Virus record (IMG/VR): IMGVR_UViG_2718217897_000010
Span: 1-16,044 of that record
Direction: 5' to 3' (one strand)
DNA length: 16,044 nt
DNA from: a virus
Taxonomy: Duplodnaviria; Heunggongvirae; Uroviricota; Caudoviricetes
The notes below the pieces were generated by a model. It ran no database searches and had not been told where the DNA came from. It worked only from the letters and a program-made list of their open reading frames with translations. Shown in pieces: positions 1 to 7,292 of the stretch (positions are counted from its first letter, which is position 1; every line of letters begins with the position of its first letter). A program made the translations under genes and the position numbers.

Positions 1-642
1 TTATGTTTTTGCAATAGTTAAACCAGATCGTTTAATATACTCATCTAACGTGCCAGAGGTGTCATGTATTTTCGCAACATGATAATTGAGTAAGCTAATT
101 TCTTTAGTTTGTAATTTTGGTGGAGGAATATCCGCTCTACCGCCATCCACAGATACCAATAAAAACCTGTCTAGGAATGCTCCGTCGTAATAAAGCTCAT
201 ACCAATATCCAGTTGCTCTGGGATCTGGATAATTGTTAGCCCAATCTTCTATAAAATTTTCACATTGAATTCCTTCATCAATGAACTTGGCTCGAAAACG
301 AAGACGTGGGTCTTCTTTAAGGAATCGTTCGCTAGCCCATTCCCTTGAAATCCCATGCCAATCTTGAGATGGTTCAGTTTTGGGTATGAAATTTAAGATT
401 TCCTCATATGTCATATCTCTGACAGGTTTACGTTCTGGTAAAAAATATTCTGCTACCGATGGGCTGGCTAAGAACAATGAACTAAGCATTCCCAGAGCGA
501 ATGCGATAGGTTCTATATCAAATCCTGATATCCAAAAAAAAGCTGCTATCAAAGCGGCCCCGAAAAAAATCCCCCCCAATACTCTAAGGGGATGTTGATA
601 TTGTTTTATCCATAACCAGATTGGTGTTAACTTAATTTTCAT
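1..642 (-). CDS. hypothetical membrane protein (213 aa): two predicted N-terminal TM helices, then ~150-aa soluble domain
   Basis: Complete ORF with stop codon at 1-3 and ATG at 642. Hydrophobic stretches VLGGIFFGAALIAAFFWISGF and IAFALGMLSSLFLASPSV near the N-terminus. AT-rich coding sequence. No family recognised. Confidence 0.5.
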   Translation of the reverse strand: MKIKLTPIWLWIKQYQHPLRVLGGIFFGAALIAAFFWISGFDIEPIAFALGMLSSLFLASPSVAEYFLPERKPVRDMTYEEILNFIPKTEPSQDWHGISREWASERFLKEDPRLRFRAKFIDEGIQCENFIEDWANNYPDPRATGYWYELYYDGAFLDRFLLVSVDGGRADIPPPKLQTKEISLLNYHVAKIHDTSGTLDEYIKRSGLTIAKT

Positions 643-1153
643 CTGCCATTCCGATTTGTCTAACTTATTTAGAATTAAGAGGTTGAAATTAAGAATAGAT
701 AATCATACTCACTACGGGCTTTGAATTTTGATATTACAATTATTTCATTTTATTTTCAATTAATTATACGTTATTTATTGAACAAGTTTCCATGCCCTCA
801 GTTAACCAAAATGTCCGTTTCTAGCACACAGCAGCCCTATAGACAGTGGAGTAAAGTCATGGAGGATCGGTGGGAGGAGATGCAAATCCTCTCATACAAA
901 AAATACGTAAAATCTATAACAGCTGGAAATCATTCAATACTCGCACTATTGGAAGTTCACCAGCCAACCGCAGCACGTTCTTGCATACGACGTGCCTGCG
1001 GTTTCAACTCCCGCCAGCTCCACCAATCATGATTGGGTGGCGTAAGGATAATACCAACAAAAACAGCAAGTTATCAGTCCAAGCAGGACACCAACCAGAC
1101 GGTGAGGATACAAAAAAAGATACGCAAAGGAGCCGCGGTGCCCTAGTGACTTG

Positions 1154-1176
1154 AAAGCCCACAGATGTGGGCTTTT
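1154..1176 (+). terminator. putative rho-independent terminator (stem AAAGCCCAC / GTGGGCTTT, loop AGAT, followed by TTTTAT)
   Basis: Perfect 9-bp inverted repeat with GC core read directly from sequence; T-run on the plus strand. Not attached to any convincing upstream gene. Confidence 0.4.
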
Positions 1177-1368
1177 ATGGAATAAAGTACTTGAACCAAC
1201 AGCAAGAAATCAGTCTTGATGCTAAGTACTAGTGATGAAGCCACAACAACTGCTCTCATAAAAACGAAGACACTTATCGTGCCACCATCAAAATCTTTGT
1301 GAGTGTATCCATTTCTTTTTACTTGAACAGAGAAAACAATAATGCTGCTTATTTGCACAGTAAAATAA

Positions 1369-1388
1369 TACTGTATACAAACACAGTG
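1369..1388. promoter_or_regulatory. LexA (SOS) box-like operator TACTGTATACAAACACAGTG
   Basis: Matches the CTGT-N8-ACAG core and 16 of 20 positions of the E. coli LexA consensus TACTGTATATATATACAGTA. Overlaps plausible -35/-10 hexamers on both strands (plus strand TTGCAC-17-TACAAA). Confidence 0.5.
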
Positions 1389-1587
1389 TAGAGGAAGTTT
1401 TATGCATATTCCAACTAGCATGAATGTCTTTCTGTCATAAAATTAATGTCTGTTATAAGCAGTGAGCCCAACCGATGCATGCAGCACATAGCGAACCCAA
1501 ATTACAGCCTTTACAGCCACTATTGTTCACCATTAGACAGATGCGAACATTTTCCTGTATGAAGATATTTAGACTGCTTTTATTTGT

Positions 1588-2685
1588 CTAAAAATTCTCT
1601 CTCTTGTGCTGCATTTTACTCTTATTTTCAAGCATAAGAAACATTGCTGCATTTTGCTCCCAAGATATTTTAGATAAAAACATTTTTTTAGAAAATGATT
1701 GTTCCAATTCTCCCAAAAACGAATCAAGCCACCAATAATATTCCCATCCCTTAGTTGTTAATAAAGACTTGGCATTAAAATCCACTGTAACTACCAAACC
1801 TACTGAATAAATTGAAAATGAATTAAACTCTCTACCCAAATAAAGATTTCCAAATTTCATTGGTAGATTAGCCCCGAATCCCTCGAACACAGGGCGATAA
1901 TTAATCTTAAATCTTTTAGTAACAATACTTATACTAGAGTCGCTCTCTCTTGTGAGCGAACTACTTTTGGGAAGAACTATTTCAAAATGGTCAAAAATTG
2001 CGCCTCCATTGCCATATGCATATACAACTTTACCTATAGATGGTAAAGAACTATAATCCATAAATTGCTCACGTTCATCCATAGCTCTAGAAAAAGTATC
2101 AATAAATCTATTCCCCATAAGAACATCAGGAATACTTTTCCTATCTAGTTTAACCAAATAATCATCGGAAAAAGTTTCATCATCATTAAAATAGCTACTT
2201 AAATGAAGAGCAAGTTTTCTTAAAACATAATACTCAATCGCCTCAATAAATAGTGCATTTGCTTTCATTTTTTTGCTATTTATCCCCTTCCCTTTAAAAT
2301 CAAAAGCATAACCAATTGGCCCCTCAGTCCATGATTTATGAATAGCCTTATTTTCCGCGCATAATCCTTTTAGGTAACGGCTAACCTCTTCGGAAAAATC
2401 GTAGCCTTCAATTGATATCAACTCTTTTTTTTCATTGTCTAAACACACAACCCCCTCAAAATCATATTTCCCATTATTCATAGGATAGGCGTTACGCAGA
2501 AAGATTGTGGCACCTAAAATTATTAGTAGCGCACCAACAACAATCATTTTCAAAAATGACAAGTTAAAATAACCAACAACGCCTGATGACAGTATATTTA
2601 CGCCCAAGGCAATTAACACCGCAACAATGAACACTTCGAATATATTTGTTTTAACGGCTAGTAGATCTGCTATTTTTTTCTTCAT
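1588..2685 (-). CDS. hypothetical membrane-anchored protein (365 aa): two N-terminal TM helices plus ~300-aa soluble domain
   Basis: Long ORF in an AT-rich block. N-terminus MKKKIADLL followed by hydrophobic segments FIVAVLIALGVNILSSGVVGYF and MIVVGALLIILGATIFL. No recognisable catalytic motif. Confidence 0.6.
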   Translation of the reverse strand: MKKKIADLLAVKTNIFEVFIVAVLIALGVNILSSGVVGYFNLSFLKMIVVGALLIILGATIFLRNAYPMNNGKYDFEGVVCLDNEKKELISIEGYDFSEEVSRYLKGLCAENKAIHKSWTEGPIGYAFDFKGKGINSKKMKANALFIEAIEYYVLRKLALHLSSYFNDDETFSDDYLVKLDRKSIPDVLMGNRFIDTFSRAMDEREQFMDYSSLPSIGKVVYAYGNGGAIFDHFEIVLPKSSSLTRESDSSISIVTKRFKINYRPVFEGFGANLPMKFGNLYLGREFNSFSIYSVGLVVTVDFNAKSLLTTKGWEYYWWLDSFLGELEQSFSKKMFLSKISWEQNAAMFLMLENKSKMQHKRENF

Positions 2686-2739
2686 AGTGCACCCAATCCA
2701 ACTTATACTCTCATCATTAGCCTACGGCCAAACTCAAAT

Positions 2740-2757
2740 TTGCACTCTTATGTGCAA
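2740..2757. promoter_or_regulatory. inverted repeat TTGCAC-N6-GTGCAA in the upstream region of the 365-aa gene (possible operator)
   Basis: Palindromic hexamers read directly, 55-70 bp upstream of the ATG at 2685 (minus strand). Function is inferred only. Confidence 0.2.
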
Positions 2758-3085
2758 TTGGACCCTCAACACTACAACTTTTATATCTTTATTACAATGC
2801 ATTAAATATAGAGTAGTTAGCTAAGTGCAACGATAGGACAGAATTGTACCCGAAGCACAATATCTACAAACGGTTTAACATTAGTTGCAAGTGCGGACCA
2901 CTTTTTCTATCTGCCTATATTTTCAGGCTGCTGCTGGTCGGTAGTTTCTATGTATAGCCGCTTTCACCGTCAATGACGCATAAAGTCTATCTTTCCCTAC
3001 TTACTGATGAATCAGAACGCGACATTCCACTCATCCTCAGAATCCCTCAGAAGGTTCAATATAACGCCAAGCACCGAAGTTCCGC

Positions 3086-3424
3086 TTATGAGTGAACATG
3101 ATGAACAACTATATCTTGCCCTGTTCTATGGGGATACCAACCACAATAGTGGGACAAACCGCCATTAATTAACTCATGCTCTAAATCTTCGTCCACCAGC
3201 ACGACAAGATGCCGCATACTGCGCCCCAGTCGGTCCAGTTTCCAGACCACCAGCGTATCACCTGCCGATAATGTCCTGAGCAGTTTTTTCAGTCCAGGCC
3301 TTTCGGACTTTGTACCGCTTATCTTGTCTTCAAAAATCAGCTCGCATCCTGCACAGTTCAGCGCATTACGTTGTAGATCTGTGTTCTGGTCATTTGTTGA
3401 CACACGTACATAGCCAATAAGCAT
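3086..3424 (-). pseudogene. DNA invertase (serine recombinase, Hin/Gin/Pin family), 3'-truncated
   Basis: Translation from the ATG at 3424: MLIGYVRVSTNDQNTDLQRNAL...GDTLVVWKLDRLGRSM, the classic invertase N-terminus including the catalytic Ser in RVSTNDQ. The ORF stops after ~112 codons and the C-terminal HTH DNA-binding domain is missing in all frames. The track ORF start at 3460 adds 12 non-homologous residues. Confidence 0.75.
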
Positions 3425-3450
3425 GGTAGATCTCCCTGACAAAAGCAGGA

Positions 3451-3843
3451 ATGATGCCATTTGCTCGTTATTTCTGCATTTTCATAAACGTTGGTTTGGG
3501 AGAAGCGGCCAAATTGCCTGCGATTAGTGGCTCTTTATCATCATCTGGCTGGATAAAAATCCCTGTTATAGAGGGGAAGTCTTTTATTATCCAATGGGGA
3601 AGAATCGGACCTTCTGATAGTAAAACTGGTGTTGCAACAGGAAGTTATCCTATTGCTTTTCCAAATTCTGCATTTATGGCATTTATTGCTGAAAAAACCG
3701 CAGTATCCACAGGCCCAATAGGTATTAATTCCTGGGGAGTATCCGAACTAACAAAAACAGAATTAAAGGCCATTTGTGCTGCAAGGACTATATCAACTTC
3801 AGCCGCAACTGAAACAGGTGATTTTCTGGTACTGGGATATTGA
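3451..3843 (+). pseudogene. side tail fibre C-terminal (variable, receptor-binding) segment; lacks the 5' constant part
   Basis: Contains IIQWG and PIAFPN motifs typical of lambdoid/Mu-type tail-fibre C-termini. Begins at the crossover site. Its stop overlaps the start of the downstream tail-fibre assembly gene (ATGA). No upstream constant tail-fibre region is present on this strand. Confidence 0.6.
3479..3504. other. invertase crossover site-like 26-bp imperfect palindrome (hix/gix/pix-like)
   Basis: TTTTCATAAACG-TT-GGTTTGGGAGAA. The reverse complement TTCTCCCAAACCAACGTTTATGAAAA matches about 20 of 26 positions of hixL as I recall it (TTCTTGAAAACCAAGGTTTTTGATAA). It lies next to the invertase gene and inside the 5' end of the tail-fibre segment, as expected for such switches. 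Confidence 0.45.
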
Positions 3844-4313
3844 GCTTCCATAAGGATTATAAAATGTCGAGCATAATATACTACAGCTCTATAAATAATG
3901 CATTTTACCCTGAGCATTTGAAACAAGAATATATTAAATCTAATTCTTTTCCAGCAGATGCAAAACCCGTTAAATATTCTGTTTTCGAAGAATTTGCACT
4001 TAAACCAGCACCAGAAGGAAAATACAGGTGCGTTGGTGAAGATGGAATGCCATCATGGGCAGATATTCCACCACCAACACATGAGGAACAGATTGCCGCA
4101 GCCGAATTGAAAAAGCAGCAATTGATTAACCAGGTCAACGAATACATGAACAGTAAACAATGGCCCGGTAAAGCGGCTATTGGTCGTCTGAAAGGTGAGG
4201 AACTGGCGCAATATAATCTGTGGCTGGATTACCTGGACGCACTGGAAATGGTCGATACTTCCAGTGCTCCAGATATTGAATGGCCTACGCCTCCGGCAGT
4301 TCAGGCCAGATGA
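3840..4313 (+). CDS. tail fibre assembly protein (Tfa family)
   Basis: 157 aa. N-terminus YYSSINNAFYPEHLKQEY and C-terminus LWLDYLDALEMVDTSSAPDIEWP are typical of Tfa/gpU-type chaperones. Translationally coupled to the fibre segment upstream. Confidence 0.8.
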   Translation: MSFHKDYKMSSIIYYSSINNAFYPEHLKQEYIKSNSFPADAKPVKYSVFEEFALKPAPEGKYRCVGEDGMPSWADIPPPTHEEQIAAAELKKQQLINQVNEYMNSKQWPGKAAIGRLKGEELAQYNLWLDYLDALEMVDTSSAPDIEWPTPPAVQAR

Positions 4314-4722
4314 CATCTGGCGCGGTGCTGGTATCAGTTGCCGTCACCGCGTCAATGTAATCCAGCACAGCGTTAAGGCGGGTTGTTTCTGTCTGCGTCA
4401 GTTTACGTCCGGCCTGCAATTTCAGTTGAATCAGACTGATGGAAGCCATTGCTGCATCAATTAGTAACTGGCGCTGTGCTTCTGCCGCGTCTACTGCGGC
4501 ACTGTGTTGTGCCTCAGTGTCTGTCACCCATTTCTCACCATCCCATTTATCGTATGGCGTTAACGGTGAAAGCGTGACATAACCGTCTTTGATGGCACCG
4601 ATATAATCCACTGTAACAGCTGCGCCATTTTCGATTGAGTAAACAGTCTCATTGCGATGGTCTTCTTCATGGCTCCATCCCTTACCTGTAAATATTGGCA
4701 TGGGGTAAGATTTCCGGCTCAT
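4285..4722 (-). CDS. tail fibre assembly protein (Tfa family), second copy in opposite orientation
   Basis: 145 aa. C-terminus AVLDYIDAVTATDTSTAPDVIWPELPEA is the conserved Tfa motif. Converges on the plus-strand Tfa with a 29-bp 3' overlap, as in Mu G / e14 P invertible segments. Confidence 0.75.
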   Translation of the reverse strand: MSRKSYPMPIFTGKGWSHEEDHRNETVYSIENGAAVTVDYIGAIKDGYVTLSPLTPYDKWDGEKWVTDTEAQHSAAVDAAEAQRQLLIDAAMASISLIQLKLQAGRKLTQTETTRLNAVLDYIDAVTATDTSTAPDVIWPELPEA

Positions 4723-5222
4723 GATTCGTTAATTTTCAGAAACGGGTTAGTGGCTTTCTTCTGCCCCGCCAGGCCAATCAGACGCTGGCGGCTGCTGGGG
4801 TCGAGTCCGAGCATTGCCCCCGTGCTGCTCATCTCGGACTCCTGTTCTTTTTTGGCGGTCAGCTCCGGATTTTTGACCCTGCCGCCCATTGCACCGGTGA
4901 TGGTGTTGCCCTGTATGGCAATATTTTTCACGGCACGTCGCCAGAACTCATAGGCCACGCACCACCGCTCAAGTACCGCCAGGTCAGTCACGCACAGCAG
5001 ACCCTGACCGCAGAGTTCTTTGGTTGTCAGTTGCCACATGATCGTGGCGAGAGGGAGATCTTCTTCAGCGAACCACTCCGGTGGCTCAACACCTTTGATG
5101 GGCGTAAAAACAGGTTCATCTTTGTTCAGGGCTCGCTTGCCGGGGTTTCCGGCCAGCGCCTTGCGCGCCGTTGGCTTGGGGCGACGCCCGGAACGCCCCG
5201 CCGTTCCAGCCATATGCGGCAC
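4719..5222 (-). CDS. phage terminase small subunit (P27-family-like)
   Basis: 167 aa. N-terminus MAGTAGRSGRRPKPTARKALAGNPGKRALNKDEP is characteristic of P27-type TerS. Its stop overlaps the start of the Tfa gene (ATGA), so no large terminase or structural genes follow. Confidence 0.65.
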   Translation of the reverse strand: MPHMAGTAGRSGRRPKPTARKALAGNPGKRALNKDEPVFTPIKGVEPPEWFAEEDLPLATIMWQLTTKELCGQGLLCVTDLAVLERWCVAYEFWRRAVKNIAIQGNTITGAMGGRVKNPELTAKKEQESEMSSTGAMLGLDPSSRQRLIGLAGQKKATNPFLKINES

Positions 5223-5338
5223 TCCTGGTTAAATTTCATTTTTCGCGGGTATAAAAAAACGATGGGGCGGGCAGTCCGGAAGACGTCAGGCCGCAGGGAT
5301 TTGACCCGCCCCTCCCCTCAAGCAGTTGAGAATTATTA
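5223..5338. other. putative cos / packaging-initiation region between HNH and terS
   Basis: Intergenic, with GC-rich inverted repeat GGGGCGGG (5264-5271) ... CCCGCCCC (5305-5312). HNH-cos-terS is the usual order in HK97-like cos phages (from memory). Confidence 0.3.
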
Positions 5339-5689
5339 TCACTTCAACCGTTCACGGGCCGTCTTCGCCTTATGACACGGCCAGCACAGACTCTGCAGAT
5401 TACGGTCGGCATCAGTGCCGCCATGCGCTTTAGGAATGATGTGGTCAACGGTTTTCGCCTCGCGCACCACACCGGCACGCAAACACAACTGACACAGGCC
5501 TTTGTCACGCTTCAGCACACGCGCGCGGATAACGTCCCACTTCGAACCATAACCGCGCTGATGACGGGATTGTCCTGGCTTGTATTGCTTCCAGCCTTCG
5601 CCTTTGTGTTGCTTGCAATAACCTGACGGGTCTGTGGTTGTCGATCGGCAGCCGCGAACACGGCAGGCTTTTGGTGTTCGTGGTGGCAT
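5339..5689 (-). CDS. HNH endonuclease (phage packaging-associated)
   Basis: 116 aa. Cys pairs CRVRGC and CQLC, plus DHIIPKAHGG ... NLQSLCWPCH, make up an HNH/zinc-finger motif. Located immediately upstream of terS. Confidence 0.8.
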   Translation of the reverse strand: MPPRTPKACRVRGCRSTTTDPSGYCKQHKGEGWKQYKPGQSRHQRGYGSKWDVIRARVLKRDKGLCQLCLRAGVVREAKTVDHIIPKAHGGTDADRNLQSLCWPCHKAKTARERLK

Positions 5690-5764
5690 TGAAATATTCT
5701 CTCTGATACTGCTCGCACGATATGCATAAAAACCTCCAACAGGCGGTTTATGTGTAGACGTATC

Positions 5765-6676
5765 TCAGTACTTAAATAAGAATTTGCTATTACTTTGAAA
5801 TTGAGATGGTGTGGTTGCAATCGGACTAGATGTCGCAGCTATCTCTTCAAGTAACTCAGCTTTCCAGACATGCCCTAGTTGCAAAGATTCACTATGCGAC
5901 ACTTTGTATTCTGCAGCACTAACGACTTGTTCTAAGAAAAGATCACTGTTTAGCATTTGCATACTTGCATAAACGCCAAGGAAATGAATTTTCATTCCCA
6001 TATCCATGATCATATTCCCTTCTTTTGTAAGATAACCACTGTGCGTGACATAGAATGCCGGAGAGCCTGACATTCCAGGGAAAGCAGAAATATCGACAAC
6101 TATTAATTTCTTCCCATCGAAATCGATATCTGGCTCACTCGCTAAGCTTCCTGTTTTCCATATTGGAAGGTAGTGAGTCGTGTCATGATAACCATGAGGA
6201 TATCCAATCATTACAACAGGAGATGAGGGGTTTATCTGGACATTAGGCAGTGTCGTTGTTTTTGAGACTACTTTTACTCCTGTGTTTACAAACAACTCTT
6301 GAGGCAAAGGCATCAAGATAATGTCTGCCTCTTTATCTGTGGGGTGCTCCAACCACAGCGGTGAACCATCTTTAAACAGAGGCATCGTATGTTTGAATAG
6401 TTTTCCGGTTTTATCTCTCAGCTGAATATCAATACTATCGCCTATAAATGGCTTTACACCCCTTTCGGATGGGCTGATTCCAGTTATTACATGATAGTTA
6501 GTTGCAAGGAAAATGAAACCATTGCTATGTTGATAAAAGAACCCAGTACCTAACGACTTTGACTCTCCATTAGACCTCAAAATTACTAAAGTAGTTACCA
6601 GAGATAGCGGCTGTACGTTTTGCATAAAATTCATCCAACATGAACTTCGATATAGGTTGTAAAAGCATACAATCAT
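5765..6676 (-). CDS. trypsin-like (chymotrypsin-fold) serine protease, cytoplasmic; start codon uncertain
   Basis: Candidate catalytic triad in the canonical order: His in ATNYHVITG, Asp in EADIILMPL, Ser in GMSGSPAF (GDSGGP-like). No signal peptide. AT-rich. Alternative starts at internal Met15 or Met18 (MNFMQNV). Confidence 0.6.
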   Translation of the reverse strand: MIVCFYNLYRSSCWMNFMQNVQPLSLVTTLVILRSNGESKSLGTGFFYQHSNGFIFLATNYHVITGISPSERGVKPFIGDSIDIQLRDKTGKLFKHTMPLFKDGSPLWLEHPTDKEADIILMPLPQELFVNTGVKVVSKTTTLPNVQINPSSPVVMIGYPHGYHDTTHYLPIWKTGSLASEPDIDFDGKKLIVVDISAFPGMSGSPAFYVTHSGYLTKEGNMIMDMGMKIHFLGVYASMQMLNSDLFLEQVVSAAEYKVSHSESLQLGHVWKAELLEEIAATSSPIATTPSQFQSNSKFLFKY

Positions 6677-6742
6677 TCCAGAAAATTCTTAACCAACTAT
6701 TTCCAATATATGAATCGCCAATTCCGATCTAGCTATATAACC

Positions 6743-7015
6743 TCACTTTTCAGCAGAGTTTTTCTCCGAAAGCAGGTGCTCACTCTTTCTAATGTCTAAC
6801 TTATCCCTATTACAAGACGCCAGCGCCGACAACAGGCTTACGTTCAAATCCAGGCTCCCACTCCATGTCAGCGGGTCGGGGATAGCTGGTTGCGGAGTTT
6901 CAGCGGTCAGATTCGCTAGTAGTGGTACCGCCGAAACTGGTACGTAAACTGTCCGCGTACCGGCGCAGCCGTTCAGCTGCACGAGCAGGAACAGGACGGG
7001 CAGCGCAATCATCAT
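6743..7015 (-). CDS. Rz1-like o-spanin (outer-membrane lipoprotein), overlapping the 3' end of Rz in a different frame
   Basis: MMIALPVLFLLVQLNGC followed by a proline-rich mature region (VPVSAVP, TPQPAIPDP). Starts inside Rz and runs past its stop. Lipobox LNGC is non-ideal and the signal peptide lacks a basic residue; the start may instead be the in-frame ATG at 7081. Confidence 0.4.
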   Translation of the reverse strand: MMIALPVLFLLVQLNGCAGTRTVYVPVSAVPLLANLTAETPQPAIPDPLTWSGSLDLNVSLLSALASCNRDKLDIRKSEHLLSEKNSAEK

Positions 7016-7292
7016 TCGCAAAAGCCATTTTGATATCAGCCTGGGTTCTCTGTGACTCCAGTGCGATCTGCTGTTTTGCATGCTGGTTAGCCTCCAGTAC
7101 TGTATTGACGATTTGTAGTGATTGCAGGACGTTATTAGTAATGGCAGTTGCCGATTTGGCATTTTGTACAGCCTCATCAGCACGTTTCTTTTCGTGCTGA
7201 TATTTGCTGTAGTAGTGGTTGGTTGACCAGATGAAAGAACAGACGACAGTTAAAAGGAAAGCAGCGATAATCAGCTTATAGCTCAACTTCAT
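6900..7292 (-). CDS. Rz-like i-spanin
   Basis: 130 aa with one N-terminal TM helix (LIIAAFLLTVVCSFIW) and a charged, probably coiled-coil periplasmic domain. Immediately downstream of the endolysin and overlapping it. Confidence 0.55.
   Translation of the reverse strand: MKLSYKLIIAAFLLTVVCSFIWSTNHYYSKYQHEKKRADEAVQNAKSATAITNNVLQSLQIVNTVLEANQHAKQQIALESQRTQADIKMAFANDDCAARPVPARAAERLRRYADSLRTSFGGTTTSESDR

Noticed and set aside
380-598. ORF 380-598(+)
   Set aside because: Antisense within the 213-aa minus-strand gene.
721-1154. ORFs 721-1032(+) and 870-1154(+) as protein-coding genes
   Set aside because: Low-complexity translations, GTG or poor start context, no family resemblance. Kept only as a possible relic or ncRNA in the findings.
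2627-2824. ORF 2627-2824(+)
   Set aside because: Overlaps the start of the 365-aa gene on the opposite strand and runs into its promoter region. No SD.
3645-4464. ORFs 3645-3926(-), 3905-4147(-), 4053-4316(-), 4195-4464(+)
   Set aside because: Alternate-frame or antisense overlaps of the tail-fibre segment and Tfa genes. No SD and no recognisable protein features.
4657-5820. ORFs 4657-4953(+), 5020-5232(+), 5031-5375(+), 5372-5626(+), 5512-5820(-)
   Set aside because: They overlap terS and HNH in other frames or strands. Their Arg/Pro/Gly-rich translations are typical of antisense GC-rich DNA.
6055-7200. ORFs 6055-6246(+) and 6922-7200(+)
   Set aside because: Antisense shadows inside the protease and Rz/Rz1 genes.
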